The notes: generated by a model from the sequence alone, not told the origin. Numbered from the stretch's first letter, positions 9,801-16,807 are shown. The stretch is DNA of 23,898 bases from Promethearchaeota archaeon (GCA_016839745.1 JAEOTS010000134.1:1-23898); one strand, 5' to 3'. Numbers and translations are program-made.

Positions 9801-11970
9801 CGGGCTCTATTAGAATTAGAAAAATTGAAAACAAAATGGCATAAACTTCTAAAATTATAAAGATATTGACCATAATAGAATACTTTTTAAAAGATTCACC
9901 TGATAGTAGGTTTAATTTTGCTCCAAACTTAAAAATATAATAAGAAACCACGGTAATAAAAAGAATATTAATCAAAATTAACACAATTAAAAAGAAATTA
10001 AAGAAATTAAAAATAACAAAAAAATTCAAGGCGAATATAGCCAGAGATATAAGAATAGAGCAATAAAAATGATATTTTAAGAAAGTAATAGGATTTAAAA
10101 CAGTTTTTTTTGACAAATAAAAAATAGGAATGTATGAAAGAATGCAAACAATAATAAGGGGTATGAAATAAATAAAGAAAGTTCCAACTGTGAAGATAAC
10201 GCTATAATATCCGGCAATAAATATACCAAAATAAAATGTGATTGTGTTTAGAATCATTGCCGGAAATTTAGGAAATAATTTTTCTTCCCTTGATGATATG
10301 TGAAAAATAATGCTAATTATAGATAGTGATAAGAAAGACGATATGAACTCATCTAAAGGAAGAAAAGTGGTAAAAACAGTAAAAAGCAGGACAAAAATTT
10401 CTATTATGATAGGATAACTTAATATGTTTAAGATAAACTTCGAGGACGATTCTTTTAACCGATTTATTTTCTTGCCAAACAAGATGAGAAGAACAAGACA
10501 AAATGTAAAGAATAGAATGTTTAATAGCGTTCCTAATATGAAATCGGCACTAAAATATATGTTAATGATAAAAAAGTTTAAAACAAAAATTAAAACCATT
10601 AGCACCCATGAGGAAGTGTAGCTATATAATGCTAGAACTTTAGGTTTTATGACATTCTCCTTATAGAGATAATACAATGGGGCATATAATAAAAAGCAGA
10701 AAATAACAGGAACAACAAGATAAAAATAGAAATAGTCAATATTAGCTTCTATAAAATAAAATCCAACAACATATATGTCAAATGCGAAAATGAAAGATGT
10801 TAATATTAATTTCATTTTTCTTGAAATTAATTTCTCGTACGGAGATAAGAGATTAAAAATCACTCCAATAATAGAAAGTGAAAGAAATATAGCAATAACC
10901 GGGTTAAATATAAAAACTATATTGAAAATTCCATAAAATAAGAAGAAAATTTCAAGCAAAAGAGCATAAAAATATATTTTAGCGATATTTAAGAAGGTAT
11001 TTTCTTCGATTTTTTTTATTACAGTTCCAAATTTTAGGTTTAATAGCGATAAAATCGTAAAAAAGATTAAATCAAATAATAAGATTACATAAGTATTCCA
11101 ATAAAGGGCTATTATTATAAGGAACATGGAGGAAATTAAAAACCAGAAAGTAACATAGGTGTAAGATAAACTTACTTCACGAGAGAATACTTTTATAATG
11201 TAATTTAATAATACAAATGATAGAAAAGCAGCTGAAATTAAAATCGTTGATAAAAATAAATCTCTTTGCAATAATTCAGGAACACCCAAAACGATATTTT
11301 TTAAGTTAACTAGTATAAACCAGTTCAATTCAATTAACAAAAATACGAATATTACGCAAAAATTAAAAAATCTCCAAGGTTTTGCATATAAATGAGCTCG
11401 TGCGTATAAGAAATAAAACGAAATTAATGTAATTATCAAAACAATAATTGAATGGATCAAAGTTTCAGAAATTAAAATCAAAATTGGATCTAATGTAAAA
11501 TTAATGTATACGAATTCAACAAGTGGAAAGAACGAATATAAAATTATGGTAAAACTAGTAACTGCAAGAATATTTTGTATGACAAGAACATTTTTCTCTA
11601 TAAAATAGCCTAGTTTCATAAAAATTTGAAAAATGAAATATAGAGATATACTAAAAATTATAAATTGTATATTAATGAGCGTTATTCCAAGGTAAGTTGG
11701 GGATATCCAAAATGCCACTAAAGCTAAGATTACTAAGCAATTAATCAGATATATATATCTACTATAAACTTTAAGAGTAAAATTCAATTTTTCTTCGATG
11801 TATGTAATAATGAACATTACTGGTAAGGAAAGGAAAAATACAACCAGAGTATTATTCAACAGAGAAATTAAGAGAGTTGCTAGAATTAAAAGAACCGAGA
11901 CAACGAAATTTAGCTTTTGATAGCTTCTATTATTCTCTAGATCAACTTCTTCAGAATTACTCGAATTCAT
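3832..11970 (-). CDS. Giant polytopic membrane protein (~2,710 aa) with internal TM repeats, function unknown
   Basis: 8.1-kb open frame, hydrophobic over almost its whole length with short Lys-rich loops. ATG 11970 (MNSSNSEE) follows a GAGG RBS and overlaps the end of the upstream gene; the track's longest start is 12000. Confidence 0.9.
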   Translation of the reverse strand: MNSSNSEEVDLENNRSYQKLNFVVSVLLILATLLISLLNNTLVVFFLSLPVMFIITYIEEKLNFTLKVYSRYIYLINCLVILALVAFWISPTYLGITLINIQFIIFSISLYFIFQIFMKLGYFIEKNVLVIQNILAVTSFTIILYSFFPLVEFVYINFTLDPILILISETLIHSIIVLIITLISFYFLYARAHLYAKPWRFFNFCVIFVFLLIELNWFILVNLKNIVLGVPELLQRDLFLSTILISAAFLSFVLLNYIIKVFSREVSLSYTYVTFWFLISSMFLIIIALYWNTYVILLFDLIFFTILSLLNLKFGTVIKKIEENTFLNIAKIYFYALLLEIFFLFYGIFNIVFIFNPVIAIFLSLSIIGVIFNLLSPYEKLISRKMKLILTSFIFAFDIYVVGFYFIEANIDYFYFYLVVPVIFCFLLYAPLYYLYKENVIKPKVLALYSYTSSWVLMVLIFVLNFFIINIYFSADFILGTLLNILFFTFCLVLLILFGKKINRLKESSSKFILNILSYPIIIEIFVLLFTVFTTFLPLDEFISSFLSLSIISIIFHISSREEKLFPKFPAMILNTITFYFGIFIAGYYSVIFTVGTFFIYFIPLIIVCILSYIPIFYLSKKTVLNPITFLKYHFYCSILISLAIFALNFFVIFNFFNFFLIVLILINILFITVVSYYIFKFGAKLNLLSGESFKKYSIMVNIFIILEVYAILFSIFLILIEPVLSAYFSTILICFIINILSKNRIIFSDKSAIGINILALSFTSVLSSYYIYLLTNNSVLVFVIPLLVFSLLMLLPLFYSSSKKVFSKLVEKMLLVDSLLISALIMSLPTIIGLELIRFGMVIDYYFIILTTIFLFFGFLRFLEFLFDKYKLKENRIVSLKTSQIVIWITISVLIALKVYSLIDSITTNFWLNISCSCLTFFIINLAILILLENLKQRIFEYDVSKFDYYKIYKIYEYTKNISFFAIITSIAAILALIIPSHSLLSLLYLPESLLLITITNLGIFMSIYLIISAVCGYLFKVDFLKIKSIFEISAWIFIKLLIILYIFILPIQISILLRLVLPLLIIIFMSPITIYYLRRIFSISDESLRLSKKLTFYLFSLALIIIFVDLFWIFSSNIPFFSSNQALQIILVLCAIYLFLNYYILKFDTIIERASEFRMIKIFSGSLLVLFSLFSIFPIIFEYFSYILFLMPLFLFISNRNRNFIFRIIFYISLSWFIFVKAIFTLNLYMLIPTFSFSYFTVYFFIYGFSMILVLFLSIVFNMKKTNVVEKFTLYALISITSLLLLIINTGIPLIYNISISLFIFLILTGNFFYRQKDERYKWFIRPCVLLLTFSFMSYLSYFILFNNPIFMNFNPILTFTLTSTITGIAYVGTYNKTPEKFRKISFYIAFSIYTISFPVFMYFFLNALLSLPLWDTFLFLITINIGIALFYISIGIYYWKFSWAIWKTGWRLWILVPFVNFYLINEIFTNVNIYTNALNFFDILSINGSFIISFVICILLSLPFWYSWIKKHFSQVLIIVWSFSLFFLYWFSQNVFSNNVLITNIVFVVFAISLLVPIIYRLRLWKIITILWLFYIVVNITFLFTLFSAILLPLEINLSINLIILGIFFLILSFFPNLKNIKNIILVGSYFISLVGIFLTIFSIINAIIKNLPISINIAFITLALSLFSSRLLKLNKTFFNTLISTILVINFSLFTYFTLIMIPGLELFSIFLAIAVFGGSLFVFNKFRMIIPIKKIIPLTILSLGVSLTLSYLTYYFLPGFIYLAIAVFILVNSILLRSILYEYRFILWYAFPIPIILIVLQFMVLNLLFQSPVIIILLSLILYTALFQIPCKLYSKKVKIQEDLKGFGLLRAESVLSLLLHFEIGLLSFSLISEAVDFGFFETVLISIIIFFISTLFEIHLIKKVNEKIIYAFNLIAYVITSISLFVFLNQFIAIDASLLVLNLVILLILQFYTLYALSYYIEKLTQYEASKIRKVRNQIQNILLNSIFIVVSLYISLLLSSLLITYNPLLDGYPSLSFSGMIFSLLMLVLNGLINRTIEIKLKKSILLCAFIFFQIFFAVFWVSFFTIFSLLDLFRIILVLLSETIFTSYTIYLSGKLTRSEKWKKNIKQIYSFIIFSIYLEASLLFLGLFQLFFALYESLLFSQIVLFLISILEIYAIKRLKEGYMEIVHTFSFINISWILFIILYRIFSDSMLSLVLIAFLTILMQFYTNYSYFDIRRKFNPDKLTSFEKWKNLRQNILGWGVYFLLLGSILNTLVLFGFEFHLIVLILSLTTHLLALFDKYALKFLGKASNFFISFSWIILIGFSFLFYLDWISIFFVQIIPIIIFLLIIQIAYLFRLLKDWDFIKSNQSKIKDSLVRLVYLNLITWPLYYLSLDFFISLNLVLLSFIILLGLTFLDNNIKSVTEKIRKNLRIVSFILTEVLLSFDIFLALEIFVNPNLILNLSLSLLFFMIINLALFKPFKRKKISSFLYSLVLFLLLSIITFNISLSGWSFSWIFIGIWLYLFVFMLEELKAFFNNILDNLRLIYVKLKNSLLRVYYSFINFLKNNLRVIEIILCVFAGITVGIVFSKEIGLIPLLGGDHATLLALANSGIFISLLPPKKTDDIDKIFKNRMQRFITLWISFTVFVFALIIPYIESFLFGIILILSSIIILGAILAIYIYRIEKKQKISIKWRFYTTIILIILTIIWALLLVVLYLTEVAV

Positions 11971-12919
11971 CAATTTCAAACCTCTTGAGTATTTTGTCAT
12001 AAAATGTACTTACATACAATCTGATTTTGAAGTAGAATAATAAGAAGATGAGAGATAATATCGAAATAGTAATGATTTCAATAATCTGATGTTGAATACC
12101 CGAGTAAATATAAATAAAGGTTATTACTAATGGCATTTGAATCAATAATGCGAACATTAAGCTTAATAATGAATTTACAAACTTTCTCTTATATTTAGTC
12201 AACTCCAATAGAAATTCTTTGCTATTTTTAGTTAACTTTGATAAATTCTTTATGTTTTTCATAGTTGTAAGTCGGGAAATAAGATAAAATACTAAATTCG
12301 AAATAAGTGGAAACAACCAAGAAACTTTAGTATAGAATGTATAAGAGAGAAATATGATATGAATGATATAATTGACAATAACTATGAGATTATATGGTTG
12401 TTTAATCCATTGAGAAAATGGTGTTTCATGTTTGTATTTCTCTTCATTATAGTCAAAATTGTCTATAGGTTGAAAGAAATAGTAATAATACACAATATTG
12501 TAAAGTATGCTAAATGATATTAAAGGTAAAAGCTCAAATTTTTTACTTGGAGTAAAAAAAACAAAAATAGGAGGAGGGAAAATAATGAAAATAGGAGTAA
12601 CTATCAAAGCTAAGATCGTAATTAAGAAAATAATATTAATTCTAGCAGATAGGTTGTTTTTTTTATTCAAGAAAAATGGATTATTTCTATATTTATCAAA
12701 AGGTTTGTAGAAAAACAATAATACGAACATGAATGTTATAACTGATAAACCAATTGAGACATAAAGGTCTTTTCCAATAAAGAAATAAATGAAAAAACCT
12801 ACTACAGCGACTAAAGAAGGTACTATGATTAAATAGAAACTAAACCACCAAATCTTCCAGAGCGATTCGGTGACTTTTTCAATTTTATCTTCAGAACTTC
12901 CGTTTTTATTAGATTTCAT
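11957..12919 (-). CDS. Hypothetical integral membrane protein (about 8 TM), first gene of a putative operon with the giant membrane protein
   Basis: Multiple hydrophobic segments; the 3' end overlaps the start of the giant ORF. Confidence 0.8.
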   Translation of the reverse strand: MKSNKNGSSEDKIEKVTESLWKIWWFSFYLIIVPSLVAVVGFFIYFFIGKDLYVSIGLSVITFMFVLLFFYKPFDKYRNNPFFLNKKNNLSARINIIFLITILALIVTPIFIIFPPPIFVFFTPSKKFELLPLISFSILYNIVYYYYFFQPIDNFDYNEEKYKHETPFSQWIKQPYNLIVIVNYIIHIIFLSYTFYTKVSWLFPLISNLVFYLISRLTTMKNIKNLSKLTKNSKEFLLELTKYKRKFVNSLLSLMFALLIQMPLVITFIYIYSGIQHQIIEIITISILSLIFLLFYFKIRLYVSTFYDKILKRFEIDEFE

Positions 12920-13069
12920 TTTCCCAATAAAGATATTTCCTCTACTCTGGGATAAATAGAAAATATCCTTAAAAAATGTTTAGATGAATAAAGGGGTAAA
13001 ATCAAATAAAATACGGTAAAAATATAACTTAATTTATAAATTATGGTAGGATATAATAAAAAACAGAAT

Positions 13070-14392
13070 TTAACAAAACTCTGGAAGATAATTTTTTTGC
13101 AATTCCTTCATTTCTTCAAATATTTTGTCAGCCATTTCGAAACTTCCTACATTGGGATCAATCGCTAAAGCTGCTATTGCTAAGTCCTTCGATTTTTGAA
13201 GGATAGCTTCAACACATAGATCTTGGATAGTTGCTTCAATTCGAAGTAAAGCGGCAATATTAGTTGGTAATTTACCCCATTTAACTCCATTTACTCCCTT
13301 CTTATTGACTATTACGGGACACTCAATTACAAGATCCTTAGGTAGATTTTCGATGATGTTGTCATTTGGAATATTAACTGCACTTTCATAAGAATTACTG
13401 TCAGCAATAATTGCTTCGATAATTGGAATTGCTCTTTCTACTGAGGTTCCTTTATAGAACATTCCTTTTTTGAAATACCTTCCTTCTTTTAGACGCTTAT
13501 AGTTTCTCATGATACGTTTATATGTCCTCTTACCACCTTTTTCAGCAAAGTCAATCCAATCTGTCATATCAATAGTTTCAGTAAATTCTTCACCAAACCG
13601 TAAGTATTCACCAAGATGATTATCCCCTACGTACGGAAAATAGCCAAATCTTTTGAAAACTTCAAATGTTAATGAAGAAAATTCGAACCTTTCTTGATGT
13701 TGTTTAAAATACTCTGGAGCTATCTTGTTAAATTTCGGCATTAAATCCATTCCGGAAGAGATTTCCTCAATCCCCATTAAAAATCCAAAATGATTTAATC
13801 CATAAGGTTTTAGTTTTAAATTCTCAAATTTTATTTTGAGCATTTGAGGTAAATGGAATGTCATAGCTCCAATTTGATGACAAAGGCCTATAAATTTAAG
13901 ATTCGGAACTGTCCTTTTAATAGCTAAACATACCCTCGCCATTGGATTAGAAAAATTTATAAAAAAAGCATCAGGACATATATCGTTCACATCTTTTACA
14001 ATTTCCAAAATAGGAGGAATTACTCTAAATGCGTGCATTGTTCCCCCTGGTCCTCCGCATTCACCTAATATTTGAATCGACCCATATTTTCTTGGGATTT
14101 CGTAATCTTCTCTCCATAATTTATAACGATCTCCAACCTCTATTGAGCTTATAATAAAGTCTGCTCCATTCAATGCCTTTTTACGGTCTGTAGTGCGAAT
14201 AATATTAAATTCATTATTATGTATCTTGTTTTCAGCTTCGACTAATTCAAACATGACTTCCAAATGTTCTTTGTTGATATCATGTAGCACTATTGTTGAA
14301 CCTTGTAAAAGATTGCTCTGGTAAAGATCTAACAAAGAAGATGGCCCAAAAGAGGTGCTTCCAGCCCCAATTAGAACGATTTTTTTGTCCAT
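13070..14392 (-). CDS. Glycoside hydrolase family 4 (NAD+/Mn2+-dependent alpha-glucosidase/alpha-galactosidase type)
   Basis: KIVLIGAGS Rossmann motif, GECGGPGG, INFSNPMA, GLCH (metal-binding Cys), GLNH, DNHLGEY, ALAIDP. Confidence 0.93.
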   Translation of the reverse strand: MDKKIVLIGAGSTSFGPSSLLDLYQSNLLQGSTIVLHDINKEHLEVMFELVEAENKIHNNEFNIIRTTDRKKALNGADFIISSIEVGDRYKLWREDYEIPRKYGSIQILGECGGPGGTMHAFRVIPPILEIVKDVNDICPDAFFINFSNPMARVCLAIKRTVPNLKFIGLCHQIGAMTFHLPQMLKIKFENLKLKPYGLNHFGFLMGIEEISSGMDLMPKFNKIAPEYFKQHQERFEFSSLTFEVFKRFGYFPYVGDNHLGEYLRFGEEFTETIDMTDWIDFAEKGGKRTYKRIMRNYKRLKEGRYFKKGMFYKGTSVERAIPIIEAIIADSNSYESAVNIPNDNIIENLPKDLVIECPVIVNKKGVNGVKWGKLPTNIAALLRIEATIQDLCVEAILQKSKDLAIAALAIDPNVGSFEMADKIFEEMKELQKNYLPEFC

Positions 14393-14503
14393 TATCCTAT
14401 AATTTGAAGTAATTTAGATGGTTGCGTTACATCTATATTATTTAATTAAAAGTATAATTCGTTTAATAGGTTATCAAACAGTTCTCTTTAGAATATTAAA
14501 GCC

Positions 14504-14553
14504 AATGGGAAAAAATACCCACAATATTTATTAGTGTACACTCTTTATATATT
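14504..14553 (+). promoter_or_regulatory. Putative archaeal promoter of cassette 1
   Basis: AATGGGA (14504), TATA-like ATTTATTAGT (14526-14535), TTTATATATT (14544); same elements and spacing as 15141-15190. Confidence 0.55.
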
Positions 14554-14565
14554 GTTAATAATGAA

Positions 14566-14752
14566 TTTTTCGCGACATAATACTGATTCATGGGTAGGCT
14601 GCAAGAGCGCCATTATTCCCACAGTATTATGAAGAGAATAAATCCTTATACCTTCTCTTTTTCTTTTTAATTGTTAGGATTTATTCTCTGCGCATAATGT
14701 CTATCAATTTTCAAGAAAAAGTGGGATAAGGGTTTAATTCTTGACGCAAAAA
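14566..14752 (+). ncRNA. Predicted structured RNA / 5' leader, cassette 1
   Basis: Perfect inverted repeats: CATAATACTG 14576-85 / CAGTATTATG 14622-31 (10 bp); AGAGAATAAATCCT 14633-46 / AGGATTTATTCTCT 14676-89 (14 bp); TCAAGAA 14711-17 / TTCTTGA 14738-44 (7 bp). Confidence 0.6.
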
Positions 14753-14774
14753 TCAAAAATCAAAAATCAAAAAT
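14747..14774 (+). repeat. Tandem heptamer (CAAAAAT)x4
   Basis: Four exact copies directly abutting the GGAGGTGA RBS at 14775. Confidence 0.95.
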
Positions 14775-14790
14775 GGAGGTGAAAAAAGAA

Positions 14791-14967
14791 TTGGCAGATA
14801 ATAGAGAATCTGATCCCATATTGGAGTATTATAAAGATTGGAGTTCTGATCTTGCGCCTATTATGATGTCATTTGACATCTCAGATGCCTATCCTGGTAG
14901 GATTGAAAGTGAAGACCAGAAAAAAATAGCTTATCTGAGACGTAAATATCAAAAACTATCAATATAA
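14791..14967 (+). CDS. Small protein A, 58 aa (MADNRESDPILEYYKDWSSDLAPIMMSFDISDAYPGRIESEDQKKIAYLRRKYQKLSI)
   Basis: GGAGGTGA RBS at 14775-82, 8 nt before TTG 14791. The track's ATG at 14773 overlaps the RBS and is in the same frame. T-rich terminator-like run follows. Confidence 0.7.
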   Translation: MADNRESDPILEYYKDWSSDLAPIMMSFDISDAYPGRIESEDQKKIAYLRRKYQKLSI

Positions 14968-14997
14968 TTTTTATTTTTTTCTATTTATTTTTTTCTA
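14968..14997 (+). terminator. Oligo-T archaeal terminator-like tract
   Basis: Several runs of T immediately after the stop codon of small protein A. Confidence 0.5.
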
Positions 14998-15140
14998 TAA
15001 TCTATTGACTGTACGAGCTAAAAGTTCGGAAAGCTTATATTTAAACAGCTTCTATGCCAATAAGCTTGATTTATATTCAATTTTAGATAATATTAAAATT
15101 GGGGGTTTTAAAGTTTTCATAATTATTTGAGTCTTTAACA

Positions 15141-15190
15141 AATGGGAGCTAATTGTGAAACATTTAAATAGTACCATCGTTTTATATATT
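15141..15190 (+). promoter_or_regulatory. Putative archaeal promoter of cassette 2
   Basis: AATGGGA (15141), TTTAAATAGT (15163-72), TTTATATATT (15181); the 40-nt offset between the first and last motifs is identical to cassette 1. Confidence 0.55.
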
Positions 15191-15195
15191 CTAAT

Positions 15196-15403
15196 GATCT
15201 TAAATATTACTACTAAATATTCAATTGTAAGAGTTATAGGTCTTTTATTAGTTGTGGTAGTAGTAGTATTATAGATGAGAGCCGATCCTTTTCGATCTTC
15301 TTTTTAATCTTTTCTTGGATATGCTCTCTCATCAAAGAATCTAAATTAAATTGAGATCTTAATGGATTCCGGCACCTCAGAAGAATAAAAAAAATGGAGG
15401 TGA
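15196..15403 (+). ncRNA. Predicted structured RNA / 5' leader, cassette 2
   Basis: AATATTACTACTA 15203-15 / TAGTAGTAGTATT 15258-70 (13 bp, one G-U); GATGAGAG 15274-81 / CTCTCATC 15326-33; GAATC 15337-41 / GATTC 15365-69; anti-SD CACCTC 15373-78 / GAGGTG 15397-402. Confidence 0.6.
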
Positions 15404-15407
15404 AAAA

Positions 15408-15587
15408 ATGGAAAAAGAAGTTCTTGATAAACTTGAAAGTCAGATTGCCTTAGAAAATAATTCGATTTCTATTAAGGAGGAAAACAAACATTCTGACGAA
15501 AGTACATTTTGGAAATACCTAGATTATTCAAACTGGATTCCAGGAGAAATTGAAATTGAGGAAGAAATTACTAAAGATTATGATTAG
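15408..15587 (+). CDS. Small acidic protein B, 59 aa (MEKEVLDKLESQIALENNSISIKEENKHSDESTFWKYLDYSNWIPGEIEIEEEITKDYD)
   Basis: Manually translated; GGAGGTGA RBS at 15396-403 just before ATG 15408; shares a motif with small protein A. Missing from the ORF track. Confidence 0.7.
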   Translation: MEKEVLDKLESQIALENNSISIKEENKHSDESTFWKYLDYSNWIPGEIEIEEEITKDYD

Positions 15588-15631
15588 TGGAATAGAGATT
15601 CTATTTAGAAATACTCTGCAGCTATTGTGTT

Positions 15632-16807
15632 CTAATTGATTATACTTTCTATTCTTTCTAAGGCTGCTTTTATTTTATCAACTGGTTGAGTTAAGGCAAA
15701 TCTCACAAATCCTTCTCCATATTTGCCAAAACCATTACCAGGTGTGAGGATTACTCCCAGATCTATTAATTTTTTCACAAAATCCATGCTATTCGTTTCT
15801 CCTTCTGGTATGTGAGTCCAGACGAAAAAAGTTGCTTTTGGTTTCTTTGTTTCCCATCCAATATTATTTAAACCCTTTACTAACACATTTCGCCTTATTT
15901 CATATGTTTTGACAGTTTCTTTTACTATTTTTGGTTTTTCTTCTGATACATATTCATCTAAACCTTTTGCCACTGCTTTTTGGATAAACCTTGGACAACC
16001 AGAGTCAATATGAGACTTAACATTTCTAATTCCTGTTATTATATCTTTATGCCCAACAGCCCAACCACATCTAAATCCCGTCATACAAAACATCTTCGAA
16101 GCGCTATTAATTTCAATGTGATTCTGATCTATTTCTAAAAGCGATGGCGCTGTGTAATCTTCATATGTAAACTCTGAATAAGGATTATCATAGACAATGA
16201 GGAACTTATAGTCCTCAGCGTAATCTGATGCTTTTTTTAGAAATTCTTTAGGTGCTATTGCTCCAGTAGGATTATTAGGGTAATTTAAATACATTATTTT
16301 AGCTTTTTTGAGTGTTCCTATATCAATGGCCTCAAAATCAGGTAAAAAATTATTTTTTTCTAATAGTGGGATTGGATGAGCGATTCCATCACAAAGTTTT
16401 GTAGCACCGTTCTCATAAACCGGATAACCTGGATTCGGGCATAACACAATATCTCCCGGGTTAATAAATGCTCTGGCGATATTAGCTACTCCTTCCTTTC
16501 CTCCGATTAAACTAGTAACTTCGTTGTTTGCATCGAAATCTAAGTTAAATCTTACTTTATACCACCTTTGGACGGCCTCTCTGAAATCTTGTTCACCCAT
16601 GCTTGTAGGATAATTCTGATTTTCGGGCTTTTTTACTTGTTTAATCATCTCGTTTATAATCAAATCGGGAGTTGTTAAATCGGGATCCCCGATACCTAAT
16701 GGAATGAAGTCAATTCCTTCCATTTTCTTTTTTTTTATTATTTGTTCAATTTCAGCAAAGATGTATACAGGCAGTTTGTTTATTCTATCAGCATATTTTA
16801 TATTAAT
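15632..16807 (-). CDS. dapL: PLP-dependent class I/II aminotransferase, LL-diaminopimelate aminotransferase-like; probable non-canonical ATT start
   Basis: LGIGDPD, GGKEG, NYPNNPTG, YDNPY, SASKMFCMTGFRCG (PLP Lys). The family-typical N-terminus (YADRINKLPVYIFAEIE) lies in frame upstream of the track's ATG 16723. Substrate specificity, and so the gene symbol, is tentative. Confidence 0.8.
   Translation of the reverse strand: MNIKYADRINKLPVYIFAEIEQIIKKKKMEGIDFIPLGIGDPDLTTPDLIINEMIKQVKKPENQNYPTSMGEQDFREAVQRWYKVRFNLDFDANNEVTSLIGGKEGVANIARAFINPGDIVLCPNPGYPVYENGATKLCDGIAHPIPLLEKNNFLPDFEAIDIGTLKKAKIMYLNYPNNPTGAIAPKEFLKKASDYAEDYKFLIVYDNPYSEFTYEDYTAPSLLEIDQNHIEINSASKMFCMTGFRCGWAVGHKDIITGIRNVKSHIDSGCPRFIQKAVAKGLDEYVSEEKPKIVKETVKTYEIRRNVLVKGLNNIGWETKKPKATFFVWTHIPEGETNSMDFVKKLIDLGVILTPGNGFGKYGEGFVRFALTQPVDKIKAALERIESIIN

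Noticed and set aside
14626-14699. SECIS-like reading of the ATGA-initiated hairpins (also 15275-15333), since Lokiarchaeia have eukaryote-like SECIS elements
   Set aside because: No matching GA on the 3' strand to form the tandem G-A core, stem and loop geometry do not fit, and no in-frame TGA selenoprotein candidate was found nearby.
15394-15453. Out-of-frame 19-aa ORF MEVKKWKKK.. starting within the RBS block
   Set aside because: The ATG is part of the ATGGAGGTGA RBS motif and has no RBS of its own.
14504-15587. CRISPR array, MITE or type I toxin-antitoxin interpretation of the cassettes
   Set aside because: No regularly spaced repeats, no terminal inverted repeats or target-site duplications seen, and the peptides are hydrophilic rather than membrane toxins.
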